From an uncultured Clostridium sp. (lineage in GTDB: Bacteria > Bacillota > Clostridia > TANB77 > CAG-508): a DNA stretch of 61,794 nt. The translations under genes were made by a program, and so were the position numbers. Below are positions 18,390-29,088 of this stretch, piece by piece. Below the pieces are notes generated by a model. It saw only the letters and a program-made list of their open reading frames with translations, had not been told where the DNA came from and made no database searches. Numbering within the stretch: the stretch's first letter is position 1; every line of letters begins with the position of its first letter. The stretch covers positions 1 to 61,794 of the forward strand of contig CANAUI010000005.1 of NCBI GenBank assembly GCA_947364715.1. Direction: 5' to 3'.

Positions 18390-20084
18390 ATGGGTTTAAA
18401 AAATTTATTATCCTCAATTTTCACTTATACACCTAATAATAAACAAACTTACAATTTTAATTTAGTAGAAGATTCAAATATTAAAATTTATCCAGACAGT
18501 AATTTAGGAAATGAAGGAAATGAAAAATCAAAAATTTTTTCTAGTGTTACTGTTAATACAGATTATTTAAAAAGTAAATATAATCTATTGATTAATTCTG
18601 ATATTATCTTTCGTGAATTTATTTTAAATGCTAGAGGAAAGCAATATAGTGCACTTCTTATCTTTATTGATGGAATGATTAATACTGAAATTATGAATGA
18701 ATTTATTTTAGAGCCTCTTATGATGAGAAATCGAAATAATTTATTTGATAGTTCTCAAAATAGAATTATTTCAGAAGCTGTTACAAACAATATTACAGTT
18801 AGAAAAGTCAAAAAATTCAATTTACCTAATTATATTTCTAGCTGTCTTATTCCTCAAAATGCAATTAAGCAAGTTTCTACTTTTGAAGAAATAATATCAG
18901 GAATAAATTCTGGAAACTGCGCCCTGTTTGTAGACACCTTAGATATCGCTTTTGATATTGAGGTAAAAGGTTTTAACCAAAGAGGAATTGAAAAACCTAG
19001 TAATGAAATTGTTATTAAAGGACCTCATGAATCCTTTGTTGAAAATATTAGAACAAATACTTCTCTTATCAGAAGATTTGTTAATAATGAAAATTTAGTT
19101 ATTGAAAACTTAAGTATTGGAAATATAACTAAAACAAAATGTGGAGTTTGTTATATTTCTAATCTTGCTAATGAAGATTTAATTGCAGAAGTAAAATTTA
19201 GAATGAATAATTTAGATGTTGACTCTTTACTTTCTGCTGGTCAATTAGAACAATTAATTTCTGATTCTAATCATCTAAATACGCCTCAACTCATCTCTAC
19301 AGAAAGGCCTGATAAAGTCGCCAGTTATTTACTAGATGGTAGAGTAGTTGTTTTAGTAAATGGTTCTCCATATGCTATTATTACACCTGGTATTTTATCT
19401 GATTTTTTAAGTTCACCTGATGACAAAAATCAAAAATCAATTTTTTCTAATTTTACAAAATTTATTAGATTAATTGCTGCTTTTATAAATTTATTATTAC
19501 CTGGTCTTTATATGGCTGTTACTAGTTTTCATCAAGAAATTTTACCTACTGAATTATTATTTTCTATTTTAGCTTCTCGTGCAAATGTACCTTTCCCTAT
19601 TATTTTCGAATTATTATTATTAGAACTATCTTTTGAATTAATACGTGAAGCTGGATTAAGAGTCCCTACTCCTATTGGACCTACAATTGGGATTGTTGGT
19701 GCTTTAGTTATGGGACAAGCTGCTGTTAGTGCTGGAATTGTAAGTCCTATTTTAATTATTATTGTTGCTATTACAGGAATTGCATCTTTTGCCATACCAG
19801 ATTATTCTTTTGGATTTCACTTAAGGGTTTATAGATTTGCCTTTATATTTTTAGGTTATCTTTGTGGATTCCTTGGAATTGCACTTGGTCTTTTTGTATA
19901 TATGGTTGCTATGTGTGATTCAAAATCTTTTGGTGTTCCTTTTACAGTTGGAATTTCTCCTATTGAAAAGGTTAAAGGTAGTTCTTATTTCTTACCACCT
20001 ATTGAAAAAAGAGAATATCGTTCTAGTTTTTTAAATTCTAAAAAAGAAAAAAAACAAGGTCATATTTCTATGAAATGGAAATAG
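18390..20084 (+). CDS. Spore germination protein, GerA-family A subunit
   Basis: GPHESFVENIRTNTSLIRRF and the C-terminal multi-TM region are typical of GerAA/GerKA. Confidence 0.9.
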   Translation: MGLKNLLSSIFTYTPNNKQTYNFNLVEDSNIKIYPDSNLGNEGNEKSKIFSSVTVNTDYLKSKYNLLINSDIIFREFILNARGKQYSALLIFIDGMINTEIMNEFILEPLMMRNRNNLFDSSQNRIISEAVTNNITVRKVKKFNLPNYISSCLIPQNAIKQVSTFEEIISGINSGNCALFVDTLDIAFDIEVKGFNQRGIEKPSNEIVIKGPHESFVENIRTNTSLIRRFVNNENLVIENLSIGNITKTKCGVCYISNLANEDLIAEVKFRMNNLDVDSLLSAGQLEQLISDSNHLNTPQLISTERPDKVASYLLDGRVVVLVNGSPYAIITPGILSDFLSSPDDKNQKSIFSNFTKFIRLIAAFINLLLPGLYMAVTSFHQEILPTELLFSILASRANVPFPIIFELLLLELSFELIREAGLRVPTPIGPTIGIVGALVMGQAAVSAGIVSPILIIIVAITGIASFAIPDYSFGFHLRVYRFAFIFLGYLCGFLGIALGLFVYMVAMCDSKSFGVPFTVGISPIEKVKGSSYFLPPIEKREYRSSFLNSKKEKKQGHISMKWK

Positions 20085-20102
20085 CTCAAGGAGGGAGTGT
20101 TT

Positions 20103-21218
20103 ATGGAAAACTCTAAAATAACTGCTGTTGAAGCAATTAGTATTGTACTTGGAATTTTTGTTGCTTATACATTAGTTGCTCTTCCAAGAAGTATGCTTGA
20201 AACAACAAAAACAACTACTTTAATTAATCTTGTCTATGTTGGTATTATAGCATTATTCATTACTTTTTTAATTTATAAATTACTTATAAAATTTCCTGGT
20301 AATGATATTATTGATATTGCAGAATATCTTGGTGGAAAAACTTTAAAAACATTAATTGGTATTATCTTTATTTTTTATTTTTTATTTAGTAGTAGTATTC
20401 TTATTAGAAATTTTTGTGAATGTTTAAAAATTGTATATTATCCTATGACAAGTTTAATTTTTATTATATTAACTTTTATTATTGTCATTTGTATTGCTCT
20501 ACATTACCGTTTTTCATCAATTGCTAAGGTTAACTTATTTATTATTCCTTTAGTTATCATTAGTATAATTTTCTTATTTGTTGCAAACATAAGAAACTTT
20601 TCTTTGGATAATATTTTTCCGATTTTTGGAGATAACCTATTTAATACTTTTGTAACAGGCTTAGGTAATTTAGGTGCTTTTGGTGGTATTACCTTATTAT
20701 ATTTTCTTCCTCCATATTTGAAAGAGCCTCAAAAGATGAAAAAGATTTATATAACATCTATTATTGGTGGAATTATATACTTTTTGTTATGTGTTTCTAT
20801 TATTTTATTTATGTTTATCTCTTTAATGTACACAAATCAAATTATGCCTTTATATTATGCTGCAAGATATATTGAATTTGGAAACTTCTTCCAAAGACTT
20901 GAATCAATATTCCTTTTAATATGGATTTTACAAATGGTCTGTTATTTAAGTATTGTTACTAAAATATCTCTTTCTATATTTAAAAAAATCACCAATATTG
21001 GTGATGAAAAGCCACTCATTCTTGTATTTGGATTATTGATTTTCGCAGTTAGTTTACTACCGAAAAATTATGCAGTTTCAAAATTTATTGAAGATTATAT
21101 TTATCATTATATGGTAATTATTGTTTCCATATTTTTAGGTGTATCTCTTTTAATACTTGCATATTTTAAAAAAAGAAAGAAAAAGGAGTTGAATACAAAT
21201 GGGCAAAAAACTGTTTAA
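20103..21218 (+). CDS. Spore germination permease, GerAB-family B subunit
   Basis: About 10-TM APC-like protein directly after the A subunit. RBS GGAGGGAG before the ATG at 20103. Confidence 0.85.
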   Translation: MENSKITAVEAISIVLGIFVAYTLVALPRSMLETTKTTTLINLVYVGIIALFITFLIYKLLIKFPGNDIIDIAEYLGGKTLKTLIGIIFIFYFLFSSSILIRNFCECLKIVYYPMTSLIFIILTFIIVICIALHYRFSSIAKVNLFIIPLVIISIIFLFVANIRNFSLDNIFPIFGDNLFNTFVTGLGNLGAFGGITLLYFLPPYLKEPQKMKKIYITSIIGGIIYFLLCVSIILFMFISLMYTNQIMPLYYAARYIEFGNFFQRLESIFLLIWILQMVCYLSIVTKISLSIFKKITNIGDEKPLILVFGLLIFAVSLLPKNYAVSKFIEDYIYHYMVIIVSIFLGVSLLILAYFKKRKKKELNTNGQKTV

Positions 21219-22425
21219 GAAAATTTTTATTGTCATTTTAATTATAATGCTTCTTTTTGCTTTTTCTAAATCTTATTCTACTTTAAATATTGACAATTTA
21301 AGTGTAATTGTTGCAATAGGTATAGATGTTTCTGAAAAAAATCGTTTACAGATTAGCTTTCAATTTACTAACCCTTCTTCTGTTTCTGAATCAGGAACTT
21401 CTGAACAAGCCCCTTCTATAATTTATTCTTTAGATGCTTCTTCTATTAGTTCTGGAATTAATTTAATTAATACGTATATAGGAAAATCTGTTAATCTTTC
21501 ACATTGTAAGGTTATTGCATTTTCAGAAGAATTTGCAAGTAAAGGAATTGCTGACGAAATTTATACTTTAATTAATAATGCACAAATTAGACCTTCTACC
21601 AATATTGTTATTTCAAAAACTTCTGCTAGATATTATTTAGAACATTCAAAACCTTTATTTGAAAATCTAATTACAAAATATTATGAAGTTTTCTCTGCTT
21701 CAAGTAATTACACAGGTTTTACAGCAGATGCTAATATTGGAAATTTTTTTGATAGCCTAATTTGTCATGCTTGCAATCCTTTTGCTATATTAGGTGGTGT
21801 TACTAATAATTCTACTGAATATTCTGGTACTACTAACTCTGAAAATGATTCTACTACAAAATCAAATAAATCCTCTTTATCTGGTCAATCTACTGCTGAA
21901 AATACAGGTCTTGCTGTATTTAAAGAAGATGTTTTAGTTGGAGAACTAAATGCTATAGAAACTTTATGTTTTTCAATTATTCGAAATAAAGTAGATGGTT
22001 TCTTGGTTTCTGTTCCAAATCCTAATAAATCTAATTCTTATTTAGATTTGTATGTTACTCCACTATCTTCTCCAAAAATTAATGTAGATATATTAAATGG
22101 GACTCCATATATTACTATAGATTGTAAATTTACAGGAAAAATTTATTCTATGGAAAATAATTCTGATTATTTAAGTGATGAGATATTAAATAAAATTTCA
22201 GCTTCTTGTAATAGCTATTTAGAATCTATTTTAACAGAATATTTATATAAAACTTCTAAAGCTTTGAATTCTGATATAAATGCTTTTGGAAAAATTGCTA
22301 AACATAACTTTTTTACCCTTAATGAATTTTATGATTATAATTGGAATCATAAATATAGAGATAGCTTTTTTAAAGTAACTGTTGATTCTTCAATTCGTTC
22401 TTCTTCATTGTTAACAGAAAGCTAA
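21199..22425 (+). CDS. Ger(x)C-family germination protein (C subunit)
   Basis: Overlaps the B subunit by 20 nt. N-terminal signal then VIVAIGIDV motif and overall GerAC layout. No Cys near the signal peptide. Confidence 0.8.
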   Translation: MGKKLFKKIFIVILIIMLLFAFSKSYSTLNIDNLSVIVAIGIDVSEKNRLQISFQFTNPSSVSESGTSEQAPSIIYSLDASSISSGINLINTYIGKSVNLSHCKVIAFSEEFASKGIADEIYTLINNAQIRPSTNIVISKTSARYYLEHSKPLFENLITKYYEVFSASSNYTGFTADANIGNFFDSLICHACNPFAILGGVTNNSTEYSGTTNSENDSTTKSNKSSLSGQSTAENTGLAVFKEDVLVGELNAIETLCFSIIRNKVDGFLVSVPNPNKSNSYLDLYVTPLSSPKINVDILNGTPYITIDCKFTGKIYSMENNSDYLSDEILNKISASCNSYLESILTEYLYKTSKALNSDINAFGKIAKHNFFTLNEFYDYNWNHKYRDSFFKVTVDSSIRSSSLLTES

Positions 22426-22532
22426 GTCTTAAATTGTAGGTTTATAGGTAAATCCTTTAATTAAAAACCTAAATTTATTATATAAGGAGTTGAAAGATAT
22501 ATTTTTTATATAATATATCTTTCATAATATAT

Positions 22533-22709
22533 ATGATTAGTTTTTTAGAATTTTTAGTTTTTATTTTATTTTGCTTATATGTGTTTAAAGAAGCTATTAG
22601 TTATGGTATTTATGAATATAAAAATGAAAATCAATTTGGTGGTATATTTGTAATGGTTTTATCTTTATTTTCTGTGATATTAAGTATAGTTGCTTTATGT
22701 ATTTCTTAA
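22533..22709 (+). CDS. Small (58-aa) two-TM membrane protein
   Basis: ATG at 22533, TAA at 22707-22709. MISFLEFLVFILFCLYVF...GGIFVMVLSLFSVILSIVALCIS. Under the track size cut-off. Confidence 0.3.
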   Translation: MISFLEFLVFILFCLYVFKEAISYGIYEYKNENQFGGIFVMVLSLFSVILSIVALCIS

Positions 22710-22729
22710 ATTAGAAATTATTGTTATGA

Positions 22730-22780
22730 TTCACAGCCAATAAATATTATTTTTTTCAAATAATATTTATTGACTGTGAA
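22730..22780. terminator. Long bidirectional hairpin between the small ORF and rnr
   Basis: TTCACAGCCAATAAATATTATTT / AAATAATATTTATTGACTGTGAA. 23-bp stem with 1 mismatch. Confidence 0.6.
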
Positions 22781-22823
22781 TTGTAATAATAAACTATCAT
22801 ATTAACATATTAGTGACCAAAAT

Positions 22824-25007
22824 TTATATTTTTTCAAAATCAACTGTTCTCATTAATTTACTAGCATCTTTTACTCTAATATTAATTTTATCTCCTATTT
22901 TATAAGTAATGTTAGTATGTTCACCAATCAGTCTTTTGCAGTCTTCATCATATATAAAATATTCATCTCCTAAATCATCAAATCTAATTAACCCTTCTAC
23001 TGTATTTTCTAATTCTACAAAAATACCAAATGAAGTTACAGAAGAAATAATTCCCTCATATTCTTCTCCAATTTTACCTTCCATATATTCTGCTTTTTTA
23101 ATATCTTCACTTTCTCTTTCTACTTTTGTTGCAATCTTTTCTCTTTCAGAAGATTGCTTTGCTTTTTCTTCTGCCTGTTGCTTATATTCTTCTATAAACT
23201 TTTCTTCTACATCATAATTATTTTCCAAATATTTTGAAATAATTCTATGAATAAATAAATCTGGATATCTTCTAATTGGTGATGTAAAATGACAATAATA
23301 TTTACTTGCAATCCCAAAATGACCTTGATTTTCTGATTCATATCTAGCTATTTTTAATGTTCTTAATACTAAATTTGAAACAACTTTTTCCTCTTCTTTT
23401 CCACATACTTCTTCTAAAATTTTTGAAAATTCTTTTGAATATATATTATCTTTATTTGCTTTAATTTTCAATCCAAAATTAAATAAAAATTTATTTAGTT
23501 CTTGTACTTTTTCATAATCTGGTTTTTCATGTACACGATATATAAATGGAGCATCTAACCAGAAAAATTTTTCTGCAATGGTTTCATTTGCAGTTAACAT
23601 GAATTGTTCTATAATTTCATTTGCAAAATTAGTTTCATATTTTTTTATATTTGTAACTCTTCCATCAATATCTAATTCTATTTTACTTTCTGGAATGTCT
23701 AAATTTAAGTAACCTTGTTCTAATCGTTTATGTTTTAAAATTAATGCCAATTCTTCCATTGCTTTAAATTCTGGAATATATGCCTTATATTTTTTAACAA
23801 CATCTTTATCTATATCATCTAGTGTTTTTAAATCCATTTGTTCTTCTATATTTAATGTTTTTGTTTGATTTACATAATTTAATATTTTTTGTACATTTGT
23901 ATATGTCATTCTCTCTTTCACATTAATAACTGCTTTATAAACATCTGATGAAATAACTTCTCCTTTTGCATTAATTTCCATACTACAAGATAATGTAAAT
24001 CTATCCTCTCCAACATTTAAACTACAAATTCCATTTGATAATTCTCTTGGTAACATAGGAATTACTCTTCCCAACATATAAATACTAGTACCTCTAATTA
24101 AAGCTTCTTGGTCTAATAAACTATTTGGTTTTACATAGTAACTAACATCTGCAATATGCACATCTAATTTATAATTGCCATTTTCTAATTTAGTTACCTT
24201 TACTGCATCATCTAAGTCTTTTGCATCTTCTCCATCAATAGTAAATATAATGTCTTTCCTCAAATCTCTCCTTTTGAAAATATCTCTTTCATCAATTTTA
24301 TTACCACATTTTTTTGCCTCTTCTACTACTGTTTCTGGAAATTTTGATGGTAAATTATGTTCTTTTATTAAAGATAACATATCAACTCCTGCTTGATTAA
24401 CATTTCCTAATACTTCTAAAATTTTTCCTTCTGCCTTTTTTCCTTTTTCAGGATATTTTATAATTTTTACTAATACTTTATGATTATTTCTTGCTTTTCC
24501 AAAATTCTTTTTTGATATAAAAATATCTGTTCCAAAATTTTTATCATCTGGTACTACAAATCCAAAATTTTTACTGTTTTCAAATATTCCTACAATAGTA
24601 TCTTTTTCATGTTTTAGGATTTTTATAACCTTTCCCTCTGCTTTTTTTACTTTGTTCTTTTCTTCAATTATTTCGATTAAAACTCTATCTCCATTTAAAG
24701 CATTTTTTGCATTTTCTTTTGCAATATAAATTTCATCTTCTTGCTCTTCTATTTTTACAAATCCAAATCCTTTTTGGTTTTTTCTGTAAATACCATCATA
24801 ATAGATTTCTTCTACTAATCTATATTGATTTTTTCTGTTTTTTTGAATTTTTAATTCCATTTCTAGTTTTCCTAATATTCTTAAAAATTCATTATATTCA
24901 TTTTTTGGTACATGCATCATTATGGCAATTTCCTTTGCTTTCATTGGTGCATAATCCTTATCTTTTATTAAATTTAAAACTTTAATTTCCTGTTCTTCCA
25001 TTAACAT
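22824..25007 (-). CDS. rnr: Ribonuclease R
   Basis: Cold-shock/OB N-terminal region, RNB catalytic motifs (DGEDAKDLDDAV, HFGIASKYYCHFTSPIRRYPD), C-terminal S1 domain. Confidence 0.95.
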   Translation of the reverse strand: MLMEEQEIKVLNLIKDKDYAPMKAKEIAIMMHVPKNEYNEFLRILGKLEMELKIQKNRKNQYRLVEEIYYDGIYRKNQKGFGFVKIEEQEDEIYIAKENAKNALNGDRVLIEIIEEKNKVKKAEGKVIKILKHEKDTIVGIFENSKNFGFVVPDDKNFGTDIFISKKNFGKARNNHKVLVKIIKYPEKGKKAEGKILEVLGNVNQAGVDMLSLIKEHNLPSKFPETVVEEAKKCGNKIDERDIFKRRDLRKDIIFTIDGEDAKDLDDAVKVTKLENGNYKLDVHIADVSYYVKPNSLLDQEALIRGTSIYMLGRVIPMLPRELSNGICSLNVGEDRFTLSCSMEINAKGEVISSDVYKAVINVKERMTYTNVQKILNYVNQTKTLNIEEQMDLKTLDDIDKDVVKKYKAYIPEFKAMEELALILKHKRLEQGYLNLDIPESKIELDIDGRVTNIKKYETNFANEIIEQFMLTANETIAEKFFWLDAPFIYRVHEKPDYEKVQELNKFLFNFGLKIKANKDNIYSKEFSKILEEVCGKEEEKVVSNLVLRTLKIARYESENQGHFGIASKYYCHFTSPIRRYPDLFIHRIISKYLENNYDVEEKFIEEYKQQAEEKAKQSSEREKIATKVERESEDIKKAEYMEGKIGEEYEGIISSVTSFGIFVELENTVEGLIRFDDLGDEYFIYDEDCKRLIGEHTNITYKIGDKINIRVKDASKLMRTVDFEKI

Positions 25008-25155
25008 TCCTTTCTTTTTTATTCAAGATTTTATGTTTAAAGTTATTATTCTCTTTTTTAGTTACTTTTATTAATATGTTACATAGATTATAAATAACTT
25101 AAAAATTCAAAAAAAGGGAAAATGAGTTCATCCCCAAAAATCCCTTTTCTTTGTT

Positions 25156-25404
25156 TTATGCCATATATACAATTCCTAATGCAATTGTCAATATTGCAAA
25201 TACGATTGATAATATAATTGTCCATCTTTTTTGCTTTCCTTCTTTTGTTCTACCTTTATTTTTTTCAAAGAAGTTATTAGTTGATGAACCTGTAATTGTT
25301 GAAGATAATCCTGAATCTTCTTTTGATTGTATTAAAGATAATATTATTAATACTATTGCTACTATAAAATATATAACAACCAATATCTTTTTTGCTATTT
25401 CCAT
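25156..25404 (-). CDS. secG: Preprotein translocase subunit SecG
   Basis: 82 aa, two TM helices, LIQSKEDSGLSSTITG loop typical of SecG. The 25151-25411 plus-strand ORF is its antisense shadow. Confidence 0.8.
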   Translation of the reverse strand: MEIAKKILVVIYFIVAIVLIILSLIQSKEDSGLSSTITGSSTNNFFEKNKGRTKEGKQKRWTIILSIVFAILTIALGIVYMA

Positions 25405-25503
25405 TTATTAATTCCTCCTAACGGTTTCTCTCAATTTATTCTTTGCTATTTTAACATATATTTCTTTAAAATGCAAATACTTTTTTTACTCTTATTTTTC
25501 TCA

Positions 25504-26463
25504 TTATTTTTCATTTATAATTTTGTCAATTGATTGTTTTCTCATCTCTTTTATAACTTGACAACTATGATTTAATTTTTCTTTATCTTTTTCATTTAAT
25601 TCTAACTCTACTAATTCTCTTACACCATTTTTATTAATAATTGCTGGTATACCAATATAAATATCATTTTGTCCATATGCATTATTATCTAAATATGTAG
25701 ATACTGTTAAGATAGAATTTTCATCATCTAAAATTGCTCTTACTAATCTATTTAATGCTACACCAATTCCATAATAAGTAGCTTTTTTCTTTTCTATTAT
25801 TTCGTAAGCTGCATTTACTACTTGTTTATGCATGTCATTTAATTTGTCAATTTGATTATCTCCATGTTTTACAACATCTGTTATTTTCTTACATCCTACA
25901 TAGCAATGTTCCCATGGTACAAATGAAGAATCACCATGTTCTCCCATGATATAAGCATGTATATTTTTACTTGATATTTTTAAGTTTTGTCCTACAATAT
26001 ATCTTAATCTTGCTGTATCTAAAACAGTCCCAGAGCCAATAACTTGATTTTTTGGTAATCCTGAAACTTTTGCCACTACATATGTCATTAAGTCTACTGG
26101 ATTGCTTGCTACCACAATTATCCCATTAAATCCACTGGCCATAATACTTTTCGTTATGTCTTTCATGATTTTTGCATTTACTTCTGCTAATTCTAATCTT
26201 GTTTGTCCTGGTTTTTGTGCAATACCTGCAGTTATAACAACAACTTGTGCATCTTTACATTCATTATAATCTCCTGCTCTAATAATCATTTTTTGTGGTG
26301 CATATGGTAATCCATGTGATAAATCCATTTCTTCTCCAATTGTCTTATTTTTATCAATATCTATTAAAATAAGTTCTTGTATACCGCCTCTATTTAACAT
26401 AGAATATGCCATACTCATACCTACAAATCCTGTTCCTACTAAGACAACTTTTCCTTTTTTCAT
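25504..26463 (-). CDS. ldh: L-lactate dehydrogenase
   Basis: VVLVGTGFVGMSMAYS (NAD fold), GEHGDS, DTARLR. Confidence 0.9.
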   Translation of the reverse strand: MKKGKVVLVGTGFVGMSMAYSMLNRGGIQELILIDIDKNKTIGEEMDLSHGLPYAPQKMIIRAGDYNECKDAQVVVITAGIAQKPGQTRLELAEVNAKIMKDITKSIMASGFNGIIVVASNPVDLMTYVVAKVSGLPKNQVIGSGTVLDTARLRYIVGQNLKISSKNIHAYIMGEHGDSSFVPWEHCYVGCKKITDVVKHGDNQIDKLNDMHKQVVNAAYEIIEKKKATYYGIGVALNRLVRAILDDENSILTVSTYLDNNAYGQNDIYIGIPAIINKNGVRELVELELNEKDKEKLNHSCQVIKEMRKQSIDKIINEK

Positions 26464-26610
26464 ATAACACTTTCCTTTCTTTTTTTAAATTCCTACAATA
26501 GTATACTACTTTTTTGTTGGAATTTAAAGTTTTTTTTAACATTTATTTTACTTTTTTCCATACTTATGATATAATTTAGCAAAAATAAATCAAAGTAAGG
26601 AGTGCTATTT

Positions 26611-27150
26611 ATGAGTTCAAATTCAAATAATACTACTACTTTGGCTGAAAATAAGGTGTTAATCCTATATATTTTAAATCTAATTGATGGAGATATTATA
26701 CAAGATGGATTGTTTAAAATTATTTCTTCTATTAATAATTTAAATTACTTTTATTTTAAACAACTCTTGACAGATTTAATTGATTCAAAGCTAGTAGGTG
26801 TATATACAAAAGATGATGAACAAGTTTTAAAAATCACTGGTGAAGGAAAAAATGCATACATTTTAACCAAAGATGTAATGCCTGGAATATTAAAATTAAA
26901 AGCAGATAGTGTTTTCAAACAAGAATTTTCTAACATTGAAGAAGCTTCTTCTGTTATTGCTGAATTTACACCAAAAGATGAAAATAATTATACTGTAACC
27001 TTAAAAATCGTAGAAAATAATGAAACAATTTTTGAGTTAAAAACATATGCTGGCTCAAGAGAAAGAGCTAAAAAAATTGTAGAAAATTGGAAAAATCATG
27101 CTAATACCATATATCCTAGTATTTTGAATACTTTATTTAAAGAAGAATAA
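26611..27150 (+). CDS. DUF4364-like hypothetical protein
   Basis: RBS AAGGAG 8 nt before the ATG at 26611. ENKVLILYILN.. N-terminus resembles the clostridial DUF4364 family. Confidence 0.45.
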   Translation: MSSNSNNTTTLAENKVLILYILNLIDGDIIQDGLFKIISSINNLNYFYFKQLLTDLIDSKLVGVYTKDDEQVLKITGEGKNAYILTKDVMPGILKLKADSVFKQEFSNIEEASSVIAEFTPKDENNYTVTLKIVENNETIFELKTYAGSRERAKKIVENWKNHANTIYPSILNTLFKEE

Positions 27151-27206
27151 AGATACAGAAAAAATCTTAAATATAGTAAAGATAAAAGTCGATTTTTCTA
27201 TACACT

Positions 27207-27237
27207 AAAAACACATCCATATAGATGTGTTTTTTTT
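27207..27237. terminator. Bidirectional rho-independent terminator marking the low-coordinate (3') border of the accessory locus
   Basis: AAAAACACATC-catata-GATGTGTTTTTTTT. Confidence 0.6.
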
Positions 27238-28915
27238 AGAATATTGTCATTCTAAATCCTATACTCCAGTATGATTGTATACTAGTATTATTACTTCTAC
27301 TATTTACATTTAGTTCAGAAGAAGCACTACTTTCAAATGAGCCCCCTCTTATAACACATGGTTGAGAATTTATATTTGAATTTTCTAAAGTCCATTCCCA
27401 AACATTTCCTGCTAAGTCAAATATATTTTGTTTTTCAAACACACTATTTGCTCCTGTTGATAATAATATAGCTCTTACTGAAGTTTTATCATAAGGTGCT
27501 TGTAACCATTGTGCCCCATTATTTAATGAATATAATGCATTTTCATTTACAATATTGTATATACTTGGTTGATAATTTCCCCAAGATGTACTATTATTGA
27601 TTAATTGAGATTGAATAGTTCCAATTTCTGTTCCTTGTACTACTCCTTTTGCTTCTATATATTTTTGTACTAAATCCCATTGAATACCAAACATTAAACT
27701 TCCTGAATATCCATTTGTGCTAGATTTACTTGCTAATGTTTGTGCTTCACTACAAGTTACCCAATTTATTGGATATTTATTTGGTTGTGACATTGGAACT
27801 AAGTCTGTAATAGCTGTATGTCCATTTCTCTTTATATTTGTTCCTGCTTCATATCTTGAAATATAGAATCCGCCATGTTGATAAACACTTTTTAACATTT
27901 TTTGTTTTAATTCCATATATCTACTACTTGATAGTCCTAAGGTTTCATCTGAGAAATATGTATCAGTTGCAGATGTTCCATTTCTATATATTGAAGTATA
28001 TGTATGTAAATCATCTTCAATTTTTTGATATTCTTGTTCTGTAAACTCTGTTATGCTTATTCCAGCTGTCGGATATACATTTGCAAGTTTTGGTACTTCT
28101 ATCCATACATATTCATTTTCATCTAAATCTTTAATAACTAAACCTGTTTCTAATGTTGTTCCTTCTACTTGAGCAAAGTTAGAATTTGGTAAAAATGGTC
28201 TTGTACCAGGTCCATTTGGTAAAATTCCTGCTCCCCCTATAATTTCATCATTTGCTTGATATGAATCAATACTTAAAGTAATATCCATTGCTGAAATAGC
28301 ATCTGGATTATCTACAAAATATTGTCCAACTATATATCCCCACTCTGTATCTAATTCATCATTATCTCCAGCCCATCTAGCTGTAACTTTTAAATATGCA
28401 TCATCTTTTGCTGGTACTTGCAAAGAATGTTCAATATTTAGTGTAAATGGAAATCTATCTGAATCATCTATTATTATTCCTTTTGATATGAGTTCTCCTG
28501 TTTCTGGATTTGATTCTAATATTGGATTTGTTATTGTTATATAATTTTCAGTTGTAGGTTGTTCACCTTCTGTTATTAATTCATAAGAAACTCCAACAAT
28601 TGATATTGCCTGTATTCGATAGCTTAAATCTACTAATGCTTCTCCATTATTTAAAATATCTACTTTAATAACTTGCTCTTCCATTTGTGGATATAATGTT
28701 GGAAATTCTATTCCTATAGGATTTTCTTTTTCTTCTCCATCTATATAATATTCCATATCCCATGAAGCTATATGTATATCTAAATTAGAATTTAATATTT
28801 TTGTATAGGCAAACCATGCAAATGTTGTCATAATAAGGGTAAAAATAAGTGCCACAGATTTTTTAAATTCATTTTTTTTATTTGATTTTCTACGTTTACG
28901 CAATATATTACTCAT
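27236..28915 (-). CDS. Secreted TasA/camelysin-class N-terminal module fused to an FGE-sulfatase (SUMF1)-like domain
   Basis: Basic N-region, H-region, then TFAWFAY (SipW-class signal) and IASWDMEYY. The C-terminal ~230 aa carry FYISRYEAG, FGIQWDLV, GNVWEWT, RGGSF and a terminal GFR. Confidence 0.7.
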   Translation of the reverse strand: MSNILRKRRKSNKKNEFKKSVALIFTLIMTTFAWFAYTKILNSNLDIHIASWDMEYYIDGEEKENPIGIEFPTLYPQMEEQVIKVDILNNGEALVDLSYRIQAISIVGVSYELITEGEQPTTENYITITNPILESNPETGELISKGIIIDDSDRFPFTLNIEHSLQVPAKDDAYLKVTARWAGDNDELDTEWGYIVGQYFVDNPDAISAMDITLSIDSYQANDEIIGGAGILPNGPGTRPFLPNSNFAQVEGTTLETGLVIKDLDENEYVWIEVPKLANVYPTAGISITEFTEQEYQKIEDDLHTYTSIYRNGTSATDTYFSDETLGLSSSRYMELKQKMLKSVYQHGGFYISRYEAGTNIKRNGHTAITDLVPMSQPNKYPINWVTCSEAQTLASKSSTNGYSGSLMFGIQWDLVQKYIEAKGVVQGTEIGTIQSQLINNSTSWGNYQPSIYNIVNENALYSLNNGAQWLQAPYDKTSVRAILLSTGANSVFEKQNIFDLAGNVWEWTLENSNINSQPCVIRGGSFESSASSELNVNSRSNNTSIQSYWSIGFRMTIF

Positions 28916-28995
28916 ATATCTCTTGTACCCTCCTATTTCTTCATTTGTATATTCCTATTTTACACCATTTTTATAATTAGTACAATATAATATAA

Positions 28996-29044
28996 TAAAA
29001 AAACCATAGTTACCAAATTATATTTTTTTGGTAATTATGGTTTT
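28996..29044 (-). terminator. Strong rho-independent terminator after the putative major subunit gene
   Basis: Minus-strand sense: AAACCATAATTACCAA-loop-TTGGTAACTATGGTTT followed by TTTTT. Confidence 0.65.
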
Positions 29045-29088
29045 AATTAATATATATATAATTCAAATTTATTTATTAATTTATGGAA

